The notes under the pieces were generated by a model. The model saw only the letters and a list, made by a program, of their open reading frames with translations. It made no database searches and was not told where the DNA came from. The position numbers and the translations under genes are program-made. This document shows, piece by piece, positions 18,645-27,311 of a DNA stretch of 64,000 nt (positions are counted from its first letter, which is position 1; every line of letters starts with the position of its first letter). This DNA is from Eubacteriales bacterium (GTDB lineage Bacteria; Bacillota; Clostridia; Lachnospirales; Lachnospiraceae): positions 1,017-65,016 of the forward strand of contig JAUNGC010000022.1 of NCBI GenBank assembly GCA_030524745.1. Direction: 5' to 3'.

Positions 18645-20477
18645 TTAAAGATTCAGCAATCTAGAAAGATAGTAAACATCTTGGCTGATTTTTTCAATAC
18701 TCAATTTCCCTCCAAGTCTGGAAAACCTTATAAACGTCATTTCATACACTATTTTTTCTTCTCTAAGAGCCTTAAATATATCAAAGTCAAACTTAAACAT
18801 TTGTGTCATTTGATTTTGATTTTTACCAAAAAAATAATATTGCTTTTCAAAAGAATAAATTTGCTGCAAGTATTCGTAATCCGCCCCCTCTTCTCCATCT
18901 AATTCATTTTGAATAATTTTAGATACAAAATCAAAACATTTATCACTCCCGTTCCTTTCTTCATCAAAATCAGTGGAATATATCATATAATTCGATACTA
19001 ACTGCTTATGAAACTCGTCAACTTCTTTTCTATTACGATTGAACAAACATTCCAATGAATACTTTTTGATTAAAAACTGCACTGACTTATTGAAGAAAAT
19101 CATTCCCGTTGTAAGAATCGATAAAAAATCGTCAAAATTTTTATATCTTATAAAAACTTCTGTATCAAATGTATAAAACTGACTAAATAATTTAGGATAC
19201 TTTTTTATCAATTCAATCCCATAACTTGTAAAATGCCGTTTCTCCGATTTTGTCATCCTCATGTTCTCCAAATCAAAATAAAGCGCGTCTTTTGATACTT
19301 TATCAATTTCCTCACCACCAGTAAAGAGCATGAGTCTATGTAACTGTACAGATTTTATACCAAGAAGCAAAATTTTCTCTATTAATTTTAGAGTATCCCT
19401 AAAATCTTCAACTGTTTCATGAGGAAATCCAAAAATAAAGGATGCAGTTACATAATCAATCCCGATTTGTTTCATATATTTTATAGTTTGTTCAACTTTA
19501 TCAATATTAAGATATTTTTTTATATCTTTTTGCATTTTTTTTGATCCGGTTTCTATTCCGAGATATATTTCAACGCAATTTGCTTCCCGCATTTTGTCCA
19601 AAAGCACTTCATCAAGTATATCTATTCTTGATGAACAGGACCATTCAATATCCAGTTTTTCTTTAATAACTCTATCACAAAACGCAAATATGTAAGATCG
19701 ATTCGCTGTAAAATGATCGTGCACAATATAGAATTTCTTTAAGTCATATTTCACTCTATAACATTTCATTTCTTCTATTATATCTTCAATTGGTTTTATT
19801 CGATGCACACGTCCCCAAAATAAACTTGTTGAACAAAAGGAACACTGGAACGGGCAACCTCTCCCTCCCTCAATATCAACAAACGGAATTTTATCATCAT
19901 AACGAATAGGAACCCCTACCGAATAATTCGTTAATTCACTTGCTGAAAGTAGTTCTGCCCTCTGATTTATATGGATCATTCCCATTTTATCTTTATAACA
20001 GATACTTGGAATAGTATCTAGCGGTGGCACATTCAAAGGTGACAATATAAAATTTACTAAAGGTAATATTATCTTTTCACTCTCACCAACGCATATATAA
20101 TCAATAAAATCGAAATTTGCTAAAATTTCTTCAGCAAGCACAGACGCATGTGGACCTCCCAAAATAATACTAATACCTCGATTTAACTTTTTTATCCTTT
20201 CAGAGATTTCTATTACCAATTCAAATGAATTGCAAATAGTGTAAAATCCAACAATTGAAGGGGATTTACACAATATATATTGTACAATATTATCTATATT
20301 GACATCCATATCTTCAATATATTTAAACGAAGAATTTTCATCTAAATTTAGTAAATCAAAATTAATACACTCCGATTCATATTGTTGATTAACTATTTTA
20401 TTAAGGATTAGTTGTCCCAACTGTGGTCTTACGTCTAGTTTACAAAAATCAATCTGATTGACAAACAATATATCCAC
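18645..20477 (-). CDS. Cobalamin-dependent (class B-type) radical SAM enzyme, putative C-methyltransferase
   Basis: N-terminal B12-binding region (IVGFYT, ILGGPHAS, ICVGESE), then GRGCPFQCSFC, GIETGS and FIFGFPHET. GTG at 20477 follows AAGGGG (alternative GTG at 20495). Confidence 0.88.
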   Translation of the reverse strand: MDILFVNQIDFCKLDVRPQLGQLILNKIVNQQYESECINFDLLNLDENSSFKYIEDMDVNIDNIVQYILCKSPSIVGFYTICNSFELVIEISERIKKLNRGISIILGGPHASVLAEEILANFDFIDYICVGESEKIILPLVNFILSPLNVPPLDTIPSICYKDKMGMIHINQRAELLSASELTNYSVGVPIRYDDKIPFVDIEGGRGCPFQCSFCSTSLFWGRVHRIKPIEDIIEEMKCYRVKYDLKKFYIVHDHFTANRSYIFAFCDRVIKEKLDIEWSCSSRIDILDEVLLDKMREANCVEIYLGIETGSKKMQKDIKKYLNIDKVEQTIKYMKQIGIDYVTASFIFGFPHETVEDFRDTLKLIEKILLLGIKSVQLHRLMLFTGGEEIDKVSKDALYFDLENMRMTKSEKRHFTSYGIELIKKYPKLFSQFYTFDTEVFIRYKNFDDFLSILTTGMIFFNKSVQFLIKKYSLECLFNRNRKEVDEFHKQLVSNYMIYSTDFDEERNGSDKCFDFVSKIIQNELDGEEGADYEYLQQIYSFEKQYYFFGKNQNQMTQMFKFDFDIFKALREEKIVYEMTFIRFSRLGGKLSIEKISQDVYYLSRLLNL

Positions 20478-20491
20478 GTCTGTTCCCCTTC

Positions 20492-21412
20492 TCACATCTT
20501 TTGTCTTTTCATGTATGGAAGCAGTTTAAAGTAATTATTTGAATTGAATAACAGTGCACATAGTTCGCACGAAGATATTACTTTGGAGGGATAATTAATT
20601 CCAACCCGATCAGCAATATTCAAAAAATAGTCAAATCCATATTCTCGTAGCGATGCCAAAAAAATATTTCTGCGCAATCTATCATATGCTTCTTCCAAAT
20701 CAATATCAAAAATATTTCCAACGCTCAACTTTGTCTTAAAAACATACGGGGAACAACATGGCCAGATATTACCATTACAATCAATCGAAAATGTCCCTGA
20801 TTTACGACAATAACTATTGGTGCAATCATATTCTCGTATATAGTTTAAACCTTCAATAGTGTATTCTGCATATCCAACTGGATAACACGGGATAAAAGCC
20901 ACTTGAACATCAGCAAGATGAGGTCCCAAAATTCCAAATATATTACTCAAATTAGAACTGGCAGTAATTACACACTGTAATGCAACGGTTAGTTTCAAAT
21001 TCTTTGCCGCCATAATAACATTAATTATATTTTGTATAGGAACAAAATCATAATGATATTCATCACAGCTCAAACCGATACCGTTCAATCCAGCCGCCTT
21101 CAACATCTCAAGTTTCTGATATGCACCTTCATATGTAACCGCCCAAAACGCATTACTTGTTATGCTACATATCTTTCCACCCTTTTTGACTTCCTTTACG
21201 TATGTCAATAAACTACTGAAATCCAAAAAAGGTTCTCCGCCTGAAAATCCAATCTGAGTTATTTCGGAAATTTTATCTGCCTGCCTTATATATTCGATAA
21301 CTTTATCAAAAGGTAACCATTCTTTTTGTGTAGGAGAACACGAAAAGCAGCAAATATCGCATTTAGCTGTACATTGATTTGTCAATAGAATTCCCATATT
21401 TTCATAATGCAC
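20492..21412 (-). CDS. YydG/EpeE-family radical SAM peptide epimerase
   Basis: CTAKCDICCFSCSP, SGGEPFLD, SNAFW, SCDEYH.DFV, WPCCSP.VFKTK and SCELC.LLFNS are co-linear with B. subtilis YydG/EpeE as recalled. GTG at 21412 follows GAGGTG. Confidence 0.82.
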   Translation of the reverse strand: MHYENMGILLTNQCTAKCDICCFSCSPTQKEWLPFDKVIEYIRQADKISEITQIGFSGGEPFLDFSSLLTYVKEVKKGGKICSITSNAFWAVTYEGAYQKLEMLKAAGLNGIGLSCDEYHYDFVPIQNIINVIMAAKNLKLTVALQCVITASSNLSNIFGILGPHLADVQVAFIPCYPVGYAEYTIEGLNYIREYDCTNSYCRKSGTFSIDCNGNIWPCCSPYVFKTKLSVGNIFDIDLEEAYDRLRRNIFLASLREYGFDYFLNIADRVGINYPSKVISSCELCALLFNSNNYFKLLPYMKRQKM

Positions 21413-21511
21413 TACTATCACCTCAATTCGTATTATCGTCCAGCCTTATAATCCAAACCCATCCATAGTACACTGAAGCTATATTCAAACTATTTCTTTA
21501 AAATATATTTT

Positions 21512-21540
21512 ATTATAGCATCAGTAAGATATTTATGCAA
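21512..21540 (-). promoter_or_regulatory. Sigma-A promoter of the radical SAM operon
   Basis: TTGCAT-N17-TATAAT with an extended -10 TG. Confidence 0.75.
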
Positions 21541-21543
21541 TAT

Positions 21544-21557
21544 TGCCATATATGGCA
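21544..21557. promoter_or_regulatory. Perfect 14-bp palindrome TGCCATATATGGCA, candidate operator
   Basis: Lies 3 bp upstream of the -35 and overlaps a second palindrome, GCAATATTGC (21537-21546). Confidence 0.5.
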
Positions 21558-21658
21558 CCATCTAGATCTGAAATTATATACAAAATTTTATCGTATCAAT
21601 CGGGTTTTTGACACTTTTTAACAAAGAGTAATTAACTCTGACATCTGCACTTACTTTA

Positions 21659-21741
21659 TTATAATAAGGGGAGTAATTGGTCCGATGTGGGCTTGGGTCA
21701 TTACATCCGTTAAAAAAACGTTAACCAACCCCTTATTATAA
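21659..21741 (+). other. Nested inverted-repeat element (possible structured ncRNA or miniature element)
   Basis: Outer arms TTATAATAAGGGG/CCCCTTATTATAA. Inner pairs TTGGT/ACCAA, GATGT/ACATC and CGTT/AACG. Confidence 0.35.
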
Positions 21742-22082
21742 GTATTCGATTAAGTAGGTAGGTATATCTTATAAGCGAACAGATCTGACGGATGATTTAC
21801 ACAAGACATTCGATTTTCATACGGATTATGAATTCACCTCAAAATCAGCCATGCGAAGCATAATAAAAGTATCAAAACAGAAAAAGTAAAAAAATAGCAC
21901 AAATCGTTTTCGAAAAAGAAATGTATACAGACCAAAAATACTGGATTTGTATCCGTTTTTTATTTTCATGTGCAATACTACCAATTTCAGCAGTAATAAT
22001 GTGTTCCGTAATAGCAGTTTAAATCAGCCTATTTTTGTATCTATCAATAATATATTTTCCCCCAAAAATTTTTCATATAAAA

Positions 22083-22128
22083 GTGATTGTCATATAAGTA
22101 ATCGCTAAATCACTTATATGACAATCAC
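22083..22128 (-). terminator. Rho-independent terminator ending the upstream minus-strand operon
   Basis: 17-bp perfect arms GTGATTGTCATATAAGT/ACTTATATGACAATCAC followed by TTTT on the minus strand. Confidence 0.8.
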
Positions 22129-22138
22129 CCACTTAATC

Positions 22139-22660
22139 TCATTTCCATTCAGAATTATTTTCTAATCTGCAATATTGCAGCACCTTTTCCACAGATATCT
22201 GGTCTGTATCATACGAATAGACGCGTCCCTCCGCATCAATGTATTGTACAAACACCCCATATATCCTGTCTGTCGAACTGTTTACCAATTTAACAGACCA
22301 CATATTCAGCAATGAGCCGTCTCCAAAATCAAGCGTAACAACAGCCTCTTCCTTTGGCGCGGTTCCGACTTTACCTGGTCCGCACGACGTTATGATATCA
22401 TAAAGTTTATAGGCATTGTCGCCAGACATCCGGATTTTCCGGTCATCCATATTAACCTGCAGACAATCATTCTCGTACGCGTATGTAATACTTTCTGATA
22501 AATCGCCGACAAAACGCCAATAGCGTCTTTGATACCATCCCGACCAGATAATCGAAAGTACAACAATCAAAATAACCAGGAAACACGCGCCAAGACCTGC
22601 AATAAGGGGCCACTCTGCTGACTTTTTTTTCTTTTCTTTTTTATTGATTACTTCATACAT
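22139..22660 (-). CDS. Hypothetical single-pass membrane protein
   Basis: Basic N-terminus, one TM segment, RBS AAGGA. Confidence 0.8.
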   Translation of the reverse strand: MYEVINKKEKKKKSAEWPLIAGLGACFLVILIVVLSIIWSGWYQRRYWRFVGDLSESITYAYENDCLQVNMDDRKIRMSGDNAYKLYDIITSCGPGKVGTAPKEEAVVTLDFGDGSLLNMWSVKLVNSSTDRIYGVFVQYIDAEGRVYSYDTDQISVEKVLQYCRLENNSEWK

Positions 22661-22672
22661 TTTTATTCCTTG

Positions 22673-22930
22673 TCAGCCCTCCACAATCAGATATCTTCCG
22701 TCACCCACTTCAAATACCTCGTCCGCTTCCAGAATGCTGTCGGCGTCTTCCATATCCACGCCCACTTCCTCAAAATACGCCCGCACTTCTTTGGGGGATT
22801 CCACCACAACTGCCATGCAATCCTCCAAAAAAGCTTCCGCTTCCCCCATGCTCTCCGCCACGTTCTCCGGAAAAAGCTGGCTCTGCTTTTTCAAAAAGCA
22901 CTGCAAAACGGCGTCATCATATTCATACAT
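22673..22930 (-). CDS. Conserved small acidic protein
   Basis: 85-aa ORF with a strong GGAGGG RBS, in operon context. Confidence 0.8.
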   Translation of the reverse strand: MYEYDDAVLQCFLKKQSQLFPENVAESMGEAEAFLEDCMAVVVESPKEVRAYFEEVGVDMEDADSILEADEVFEVGDGRYLIVEG

Positions 22931-22959
22931 ATCCTTCCCCTCCTTTTCTCTTTCTTTTT

Positions 22960-23754
22960 TTATTTTCCGTTTAAAAGGCGTACAATCTGCCAGACGCCTT
23001 TTTCTTTCCAGGACGGACAGATATGCTTCGCCGCCGCCTTGACATCCGGATGGGCGTTTTCCACCGCATAGCTTTCCCCTGCCGCCTGCATCAGTCCGAT
23101 ATCGTTGGTATTATCCCCAAAGGCCATGGTATCTTCCTTTGCGATGCCAAACGCCGTCTGAATCGTCTGCAATGCGTTTCCTTTATCCACAGAAAGGTCC
23201 ATGAAATCCACCCATTCCTCTCCCGCGACACAGGTCTTTAATCTGTCCTTCCAGGCGGGAATGAGAACGCTTTCTCCCAGTTTTCGGATGCTGTTCTTCT
23301 GATAAAGCGCAACCTTTAAAATGGGTTTTCCCTGCTTTAATATGTCGTCCACCACCTGAAAGTCGTTGTGATAGCCATAGGTCATCATATCCAGAAATTC
23401 CCGGTTATGCGTCTCCAACAGGCTTCCCTCCGGCGTGGAAACGATCATTTCACAGTCTTTGATTTTGCGAAGCTGTATAATCAGTTCTTCCGCATATTCC
23501 CTGCGCATCTGCGTTAACGCCAGATCTTTGTCCCGATATCGGATATGAGCCCCGTTTTCCGCGATATAAATAATTCTGTCCGCCACGTCCCGGAACACAT
23601 TGCGGATGCTGGCATATTGCCGGCCGCTGGCGCAGGCGAAATAAATTCCCTGATCCGTCAGCCGCAGGATTTCTTCCACAATTTCGGGGTACAGATCCGG
23701 CGTGGAATCCTGAATCAGCGTGCCGTCAATATCCGTCGCAATCAATTTTATCAT
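22960..23754 (-). CDS. Cof-type HAD-IIB hydrolase
   Basis: DIDGTL, ASGRQY, DKGNAL and FGDNTNDIG. Confidence 0.92.
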   Translation of the reverse strand: MIKLIATDIDGTLIQDSTPDLYPEIVEEILRLTDQGIYFACASGRQYASIRNVFRDVADRIIYIAENGAHIRYRDKDLALTQMRREYAEELIIQLRKIKDCEMIVSTPEGSLLETHNREFLDMMTYGYHNDFQVVDDILKQGKPILKVALYQKNSIRKLGESVLIPAWKDRLKTCVAGEEWVDFMDLSVDKGNALQTIQTAFGIAKEDTMAFGDNTNDIGLMQAAGESYAVENAHPDVKAAAKHICPSWKEKGVWQIVRLLNGK

Positions 23755-23775
23755 GAATCAATTGACCCCTTTCCG

Positions 23776-24483
23776 TCACAGGCAGGATAACAAATCCAAC
23801 GGTTTTTCAATCAGCGCGTCCGCGCCGTGTTCCAACAGTTCCTCTCTATCCCGGAATCCCCACAAAACGCCGATCGTCTGCACGCCCGCCGTCTTGCCGG
23901 TATCCATATCCACACAACTGTCGCCGACATAGAGAATTTCTTCCTTTTCCAGATCCAGCTTTTTTAAAATCGCATACACGCCGTCCGGCGCAGGCTTGAT
24001 TGCAAGCCCTTCCTCCTGTCCCTGGATCAAAGAAAAGCAGCCTTTTCCGAATAAGGTTTCCACCACATCGACCGCATTCGCATGGGGCTTATTGCTGAAT
24101 ACCGCCGTTACAATTTTTTTCTCCTTCAGTTCTGCAAGAAGTTCCAAAATTCCTTCATAGGGCGCAACCTTGTACATACAGCCCTTTTCAAAGTATTCCA
24201 TATACCGGTTATACACATCCTGAAAGTGCATAGGCCGCGTCGCAAATCCGTCCTCGTCCGGTTCCATGGACAAAGGATTCTCCTGATCCCCGGCGGCGCG
24301 CAGCGCCCTTATCACCTGCATTTTCGCGCCGTTTCCCACAAAACGCCGGTATCTTTGCTTTTCAATGGCAGAAAATCCGAAATCCGCCAACGCCTTATTC
24401 GAACAATAGGAAATGGATTCCAGCGTATCCGCCAGTGTTCCGTCCAGATCAAAAATGACCGCTTTTTTCATGTCTGATTCCAT
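23776..24483 (-). CDS. HAD-IA hydrolase (phosphoglycolate phosphatase-like)
   Basis: FDLDGTLADT, SNKP, KPAPD and YVGDSCVDM. Confidence 0.9.
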   Translation of the reverse strand: MESDMKKAVIFDLDGTLADTLESISYCSNKALADFGFSAIEKQRYRRFVGNGAKMQVIRALRAAGDQENPLSMEPDEDGFATRPMHFQDVYNRYMEYFEKGCMYKVAPYEGILELLAELKEKKIVTAVFSNKPHANAVDVVETLFGKGCFSLIQGQEEGLAIKPAPDGVYAILKKLDLEKEEILYVGDSCVDMDTGKTAGVQTIGVLWGFRDREELLEHGADALIEKPLDLLSCL

Positions 24484-24492
24484 TTCATCCTT

Positions 24493-25113
24493 TCAAATCA
24501 ACTCTCGTTTATGCAGTTCCTGATACAGTCTGCCCACGGGCAGCCCCACCACGTTATTGTAGTCGCCCTGTATGCCTTTTATATACGCCGCGCAGCGCCC
24601 CTGTATGCCGTAAGCGCCCGCTTTGTCCATTGGCTCCCCGCACGCCGCATAAGCTTCTATTTCCGCCGCGCTCATCGGGTAAAACTCCACCTGCGTGCAC
24701 TCATAAAATGTAAAATATTCCTCCGAACAGCTTTCTTTACTCTGCCAGATCACGGTCACACCCGTATAAACCTGATGGCTTCTTCCCTGCAGCAGTTTCA
24801 GCATCCTGCAAGCGTCTTCCCGGTCCTTGGGTTTCCCCATGATCTTCGCGTCGCAGGAAACGATCGTGTCCGCGCCGATGACCAGCGTCCGCCTGTCATC
24901 CTCCGCCTTATCCGTTCCGTTATTCTCTGTCATCTGCCGGAAAATATCTTCCGCCTTCTGCCGGGACAACTCCTGCACAATCCGTTCCGGCTCCTTTTCC
25001 GTAATTTTTTCCTCTTTCCGGCTGGGAATAACTTCAAATTCCATGCCGATCTGCAAAAGCAGTTCCTGTCGTCTCGGAGAAGCCGATGCCAGCACGATCC
25101 GGTAATCCTTCAT
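24493..25113 (-). CDS. maf: Maf nucleoside triphosphate pyrophosphatase
   Basis: LASASPRR, GADT, GKP, DKAGAYGIQG and NVVGLP. Confidence 0.95.
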   Translation of the reverse strand: MKDYRIVLASASPRRQELLLQIGMEFEVIPSRKEEKITEKEPERIVQELSRQKAEDIFRQMTENNGTDKAEDDRRTLVIGADTIVSCDAKIMGKPKDREDACRMLKLLQGRSHQVYTGVTVIWQSKESCSEEYFTFYECTQVEFYPMSAAEIEAYAACGEPMDKAGAYGIQGRCAAYIKGIQGDYNNVVGLPVGRLYQELHKRELI

Positions 25114-27266
25114 ATGTCATCTCCCATTTCCACATGCGTTTTCGGAATGAAAACTCTGCTGTCCGCGTTTTCCACCCGCTTCTGTCCTTCGGCTATGGCT
25201 TCCCGGCAGAAGGCATCCTGCGCGCAGTAATTTTCTTTTCCTCTTCTGTCCACCTTTTCATAGGCGCCGTCAGACTGCAGAATCTGGGCCTTCATCGTAT
25301 CCTTCAGTTGCCCCTGCAGAATATGCTCCAGCTTTTGCTGCAAAGCCGGATCTTCCACAGGGAACAGAATTTCCACGCGGCGCTCCAGATTTCTGGGCAT
25401 CCAGTCCGCGCTGCTGCAATAGTATTCCGGTTTTCCGTCGTTTTCAAAGTAAAAAATCCGGGCATGTTCCAGGAAGTTCCCCACGATGGAGCGGACCGTA
25501 ATATTTTCACTCACGCCGGGCACACCTGTCTTCAAACAGCAGATCCCCCGGACGATCAGTTCAATTTGTACGCCCGCCTGGCTGGCCTCATATAAAGCCA
25601 CAATGATGTCCTTATCGCAAAGGGAATTCATCTTTGCCACAATGCGGCCCGTTTTTCCCTTCTGCGCATGCTTCTTCTCCCGTTCGATCAAATACAAAAA
25701 CCTGTCTTTGAGCCACAGCGGCGCCAGACTTAACTTATTCCAGGAACGGGGCTCCGAATAACCGGAGAGCATGTTGAACACCGCCGTCGCGTCCTCTCCG
25801 ATCGCTTCGTTGGCGGTCATCAGGCCCACGTCCGTATACAGCTTTGCCGTCGCGTCATTGTAGTTTCCGGTTCCCAGATGTACATAGCGGCGGATACCTT
25901 CCTCTTCCCTGCGGACAACGAGGGTGATTTTGCTGTGAGTTTTTAACCCGACCAGCCCGTAAATGACATGACACCCCGCTTTTTCCAGCTTTCTCGCCCA
26001 GACAATGTTATTTTCTTCGTCAAATCTCGCCTTCAATTCCACCAGCACGGAAACCTGCTTGCCGTTTTCCGCCGCCTGCGCCAGGGCCGCAATGATGGGA
26101 GAATTGCCGCTGACACGATAAAGCGTCTGCTTGATCGCCAGCACATCGGGATCTTTGCTCGCCTGCCGGATGAAATCCACCACCGGCTCAAAAGTCTGGT
26201 AAGGGTGATGCAGCAGAACATCGCCTCTGCGGATCACATCGAAGACAGAATCCTCCCCGGAAAATTCCGGCACCGGCTGAGGCGTATATTTGACCGTTTT
26301 CAACTGTTCAAAGCCGTCCAGTCCGTAAACCTTCATCAGGAAAGTCAGATCCAGCGGTCCGTCCACATAGAAAATGTCGCTCTCCTCCACATCCAGTTCT
26401 TTTCGCAGCATTTTTACCAGCTTTTTGTCCGCCGTATCCTCCACTTCCAGGCGCACGGCATGTCCCCAACGGCGCTTCTTGATCTGCTTTTCAATTTCCA
26501 GAAGCAAATCTTCCGCTTCATCTTCGTCGATCGCCAGATCGGCGTTTCTTGTGATGCGGAACGGATGCGCGCAGCGAACGTCATAGTTTAAGAAAAGTTT
26601 GCTGATATTTCTCTCGATGATTTCTTCCAGCAAAATGACCGTCGTCACTTCTTCTTCGTTCTTTTTTGCATTCGGAATTCTCACGATTCTTGACAGGACG
26701 CTGGGCACCTGTACGGTGGCAAATTCCACTTCCGCTTCCTTGCTGTCCTTTTTTACCAAAAGAGCGCCGATATTGAGCGTCTTATTGCGGATCAGCGGAA
26801 AAGGCCGGGAGGAATCCACGGCCATGGGGGTCAGCACCGGATATACGTTTTCAATGAAATAATCATCCACAAACTTTCCCTGTTCCTCCGTCAACTGCTC
26901 GTGATGCTCTACAAAGACAAGCCCGTTCTGTTTTAAAAGAGGCAAAAGCATCCTGTTGTAGGTGGAATATTGCAATGCGGCAAACTCATGAGTCTCTCCG
27001 GCCAGCATGACAAGCTGTTCCTTGGGAGACAGCCCCGCAATATCCTTCTTCGTATATTTGGCATGCACCATGTCCACCAAAGATCCGATGCGCACCATAA
27101 AAAATTCATCCAGATTGGAGGCTGTAATGCTTAAAAATTTCAGCCTCTCAAACAGCGGAATCTGCTTATCCCGCGCCTCGCTGAGCACTCTCTTGTTAAA
27201 AAGCAGCCAGCTTTTTTCCCGGTTCGTATAAAGTTCACAGCTTTGAAGATCTTTCTTTTCCGCCAT
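25110..27266 (-). CDS. ppk1: Polyphosphate kinase 1
   Basis: NREKSWL.FN.RVL, SNLDEFFMVR, LHHPY, ELKARFDEENN, KTHSK and SADWMPRNL. Confidence 0.97.
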   Translation of the reverse strand: MAEKKDLQSCELYTNREKSWLLFNKRVLSEARDKQIPLFERLKFLSITASNLDEFFMVRIGSLVDMVHAKYTKKDIAGLSPKEQLVMLAGETHEFAALQYSTYNRMLLPLLKQNGLVFVEHHEQLTEEQGKFVDDYFIENVYPVLTPMAVDSSRPFPLIRNKTLNIGALLVKKDSKEAEVEFATVQVPSVLSRIVRIPNAKKNEEEVTTVILLEEIIERNISKLFLNYDVRCAHPFRITRNADLAIDEDEAEDLLLEIEKQIKKRRWGHAVRLEVEDTADKKLVKMLRKELDVEESDIFYVDGPLDLTFLMKVYGLDGFEQLKTVKYTPQPVPEFSGEDSVFDVIRRGDVLLHHPYQTFEPVVDFIRQASKDPDVLAIKQTLYRVSGNSPIIAALAQAAENGKQVSVLVELKARFDEENNIVWARKLEKAGCHVIYGLVGLKTHSKITLVVRREEEGIRRYVHLGTGNYNDATAKLYTDVGLMTANEAIGEDATAVFNMLSGYSEPRSWNKLSLAPLWLKDRFLYLIEREKKHAQKGKTGRIVAKMNSLCDKDIIVALYEASQAGVQIELIVRGICCLKTGVPGVSENITVRSIVGNFLEHARIFYFENDGKPEYYCSSADWMPRNLERRVEILFPVEDPALQQKLEHILQGQLKDTMKAQILQSDGAYEKVDRRGKENYCAQDAFCREAIAEGQKRVENADSRVFIPKTHVEMGDDI

Positions 27267-27311
27267 AATCCATTCCCCTTTTTCGTTTCTTCCAGTCTTT
27301 CGGATACCGTT

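Larger units (their letters stand above)
16390..22130. mobile_element. AT-rich horizontally acquired island carrying a RiPP-like cluster (no integrase seen)
   Basis: Abrupt drop in GC relative to the flanks (judged by eye). Left edge is marked by the gene remnant at 16263-16390. Confidence 0.7.

Noticed and set aside
21446-21466. uORF MDGFGL in the 5' UTR of the epimerase operon as precursor
   Set aside because: Six codons, no RBS, too short for a leader-core peptide.
21921-22022. 33-aa hydrophobic plus-strand ORF (MYTDQKYWICIRFLFSCAILPISAVIMCSVIAV) as a type I toxin
   Set aside because: No RBS or promoter support. Expected by chance in AT-rich DNA.
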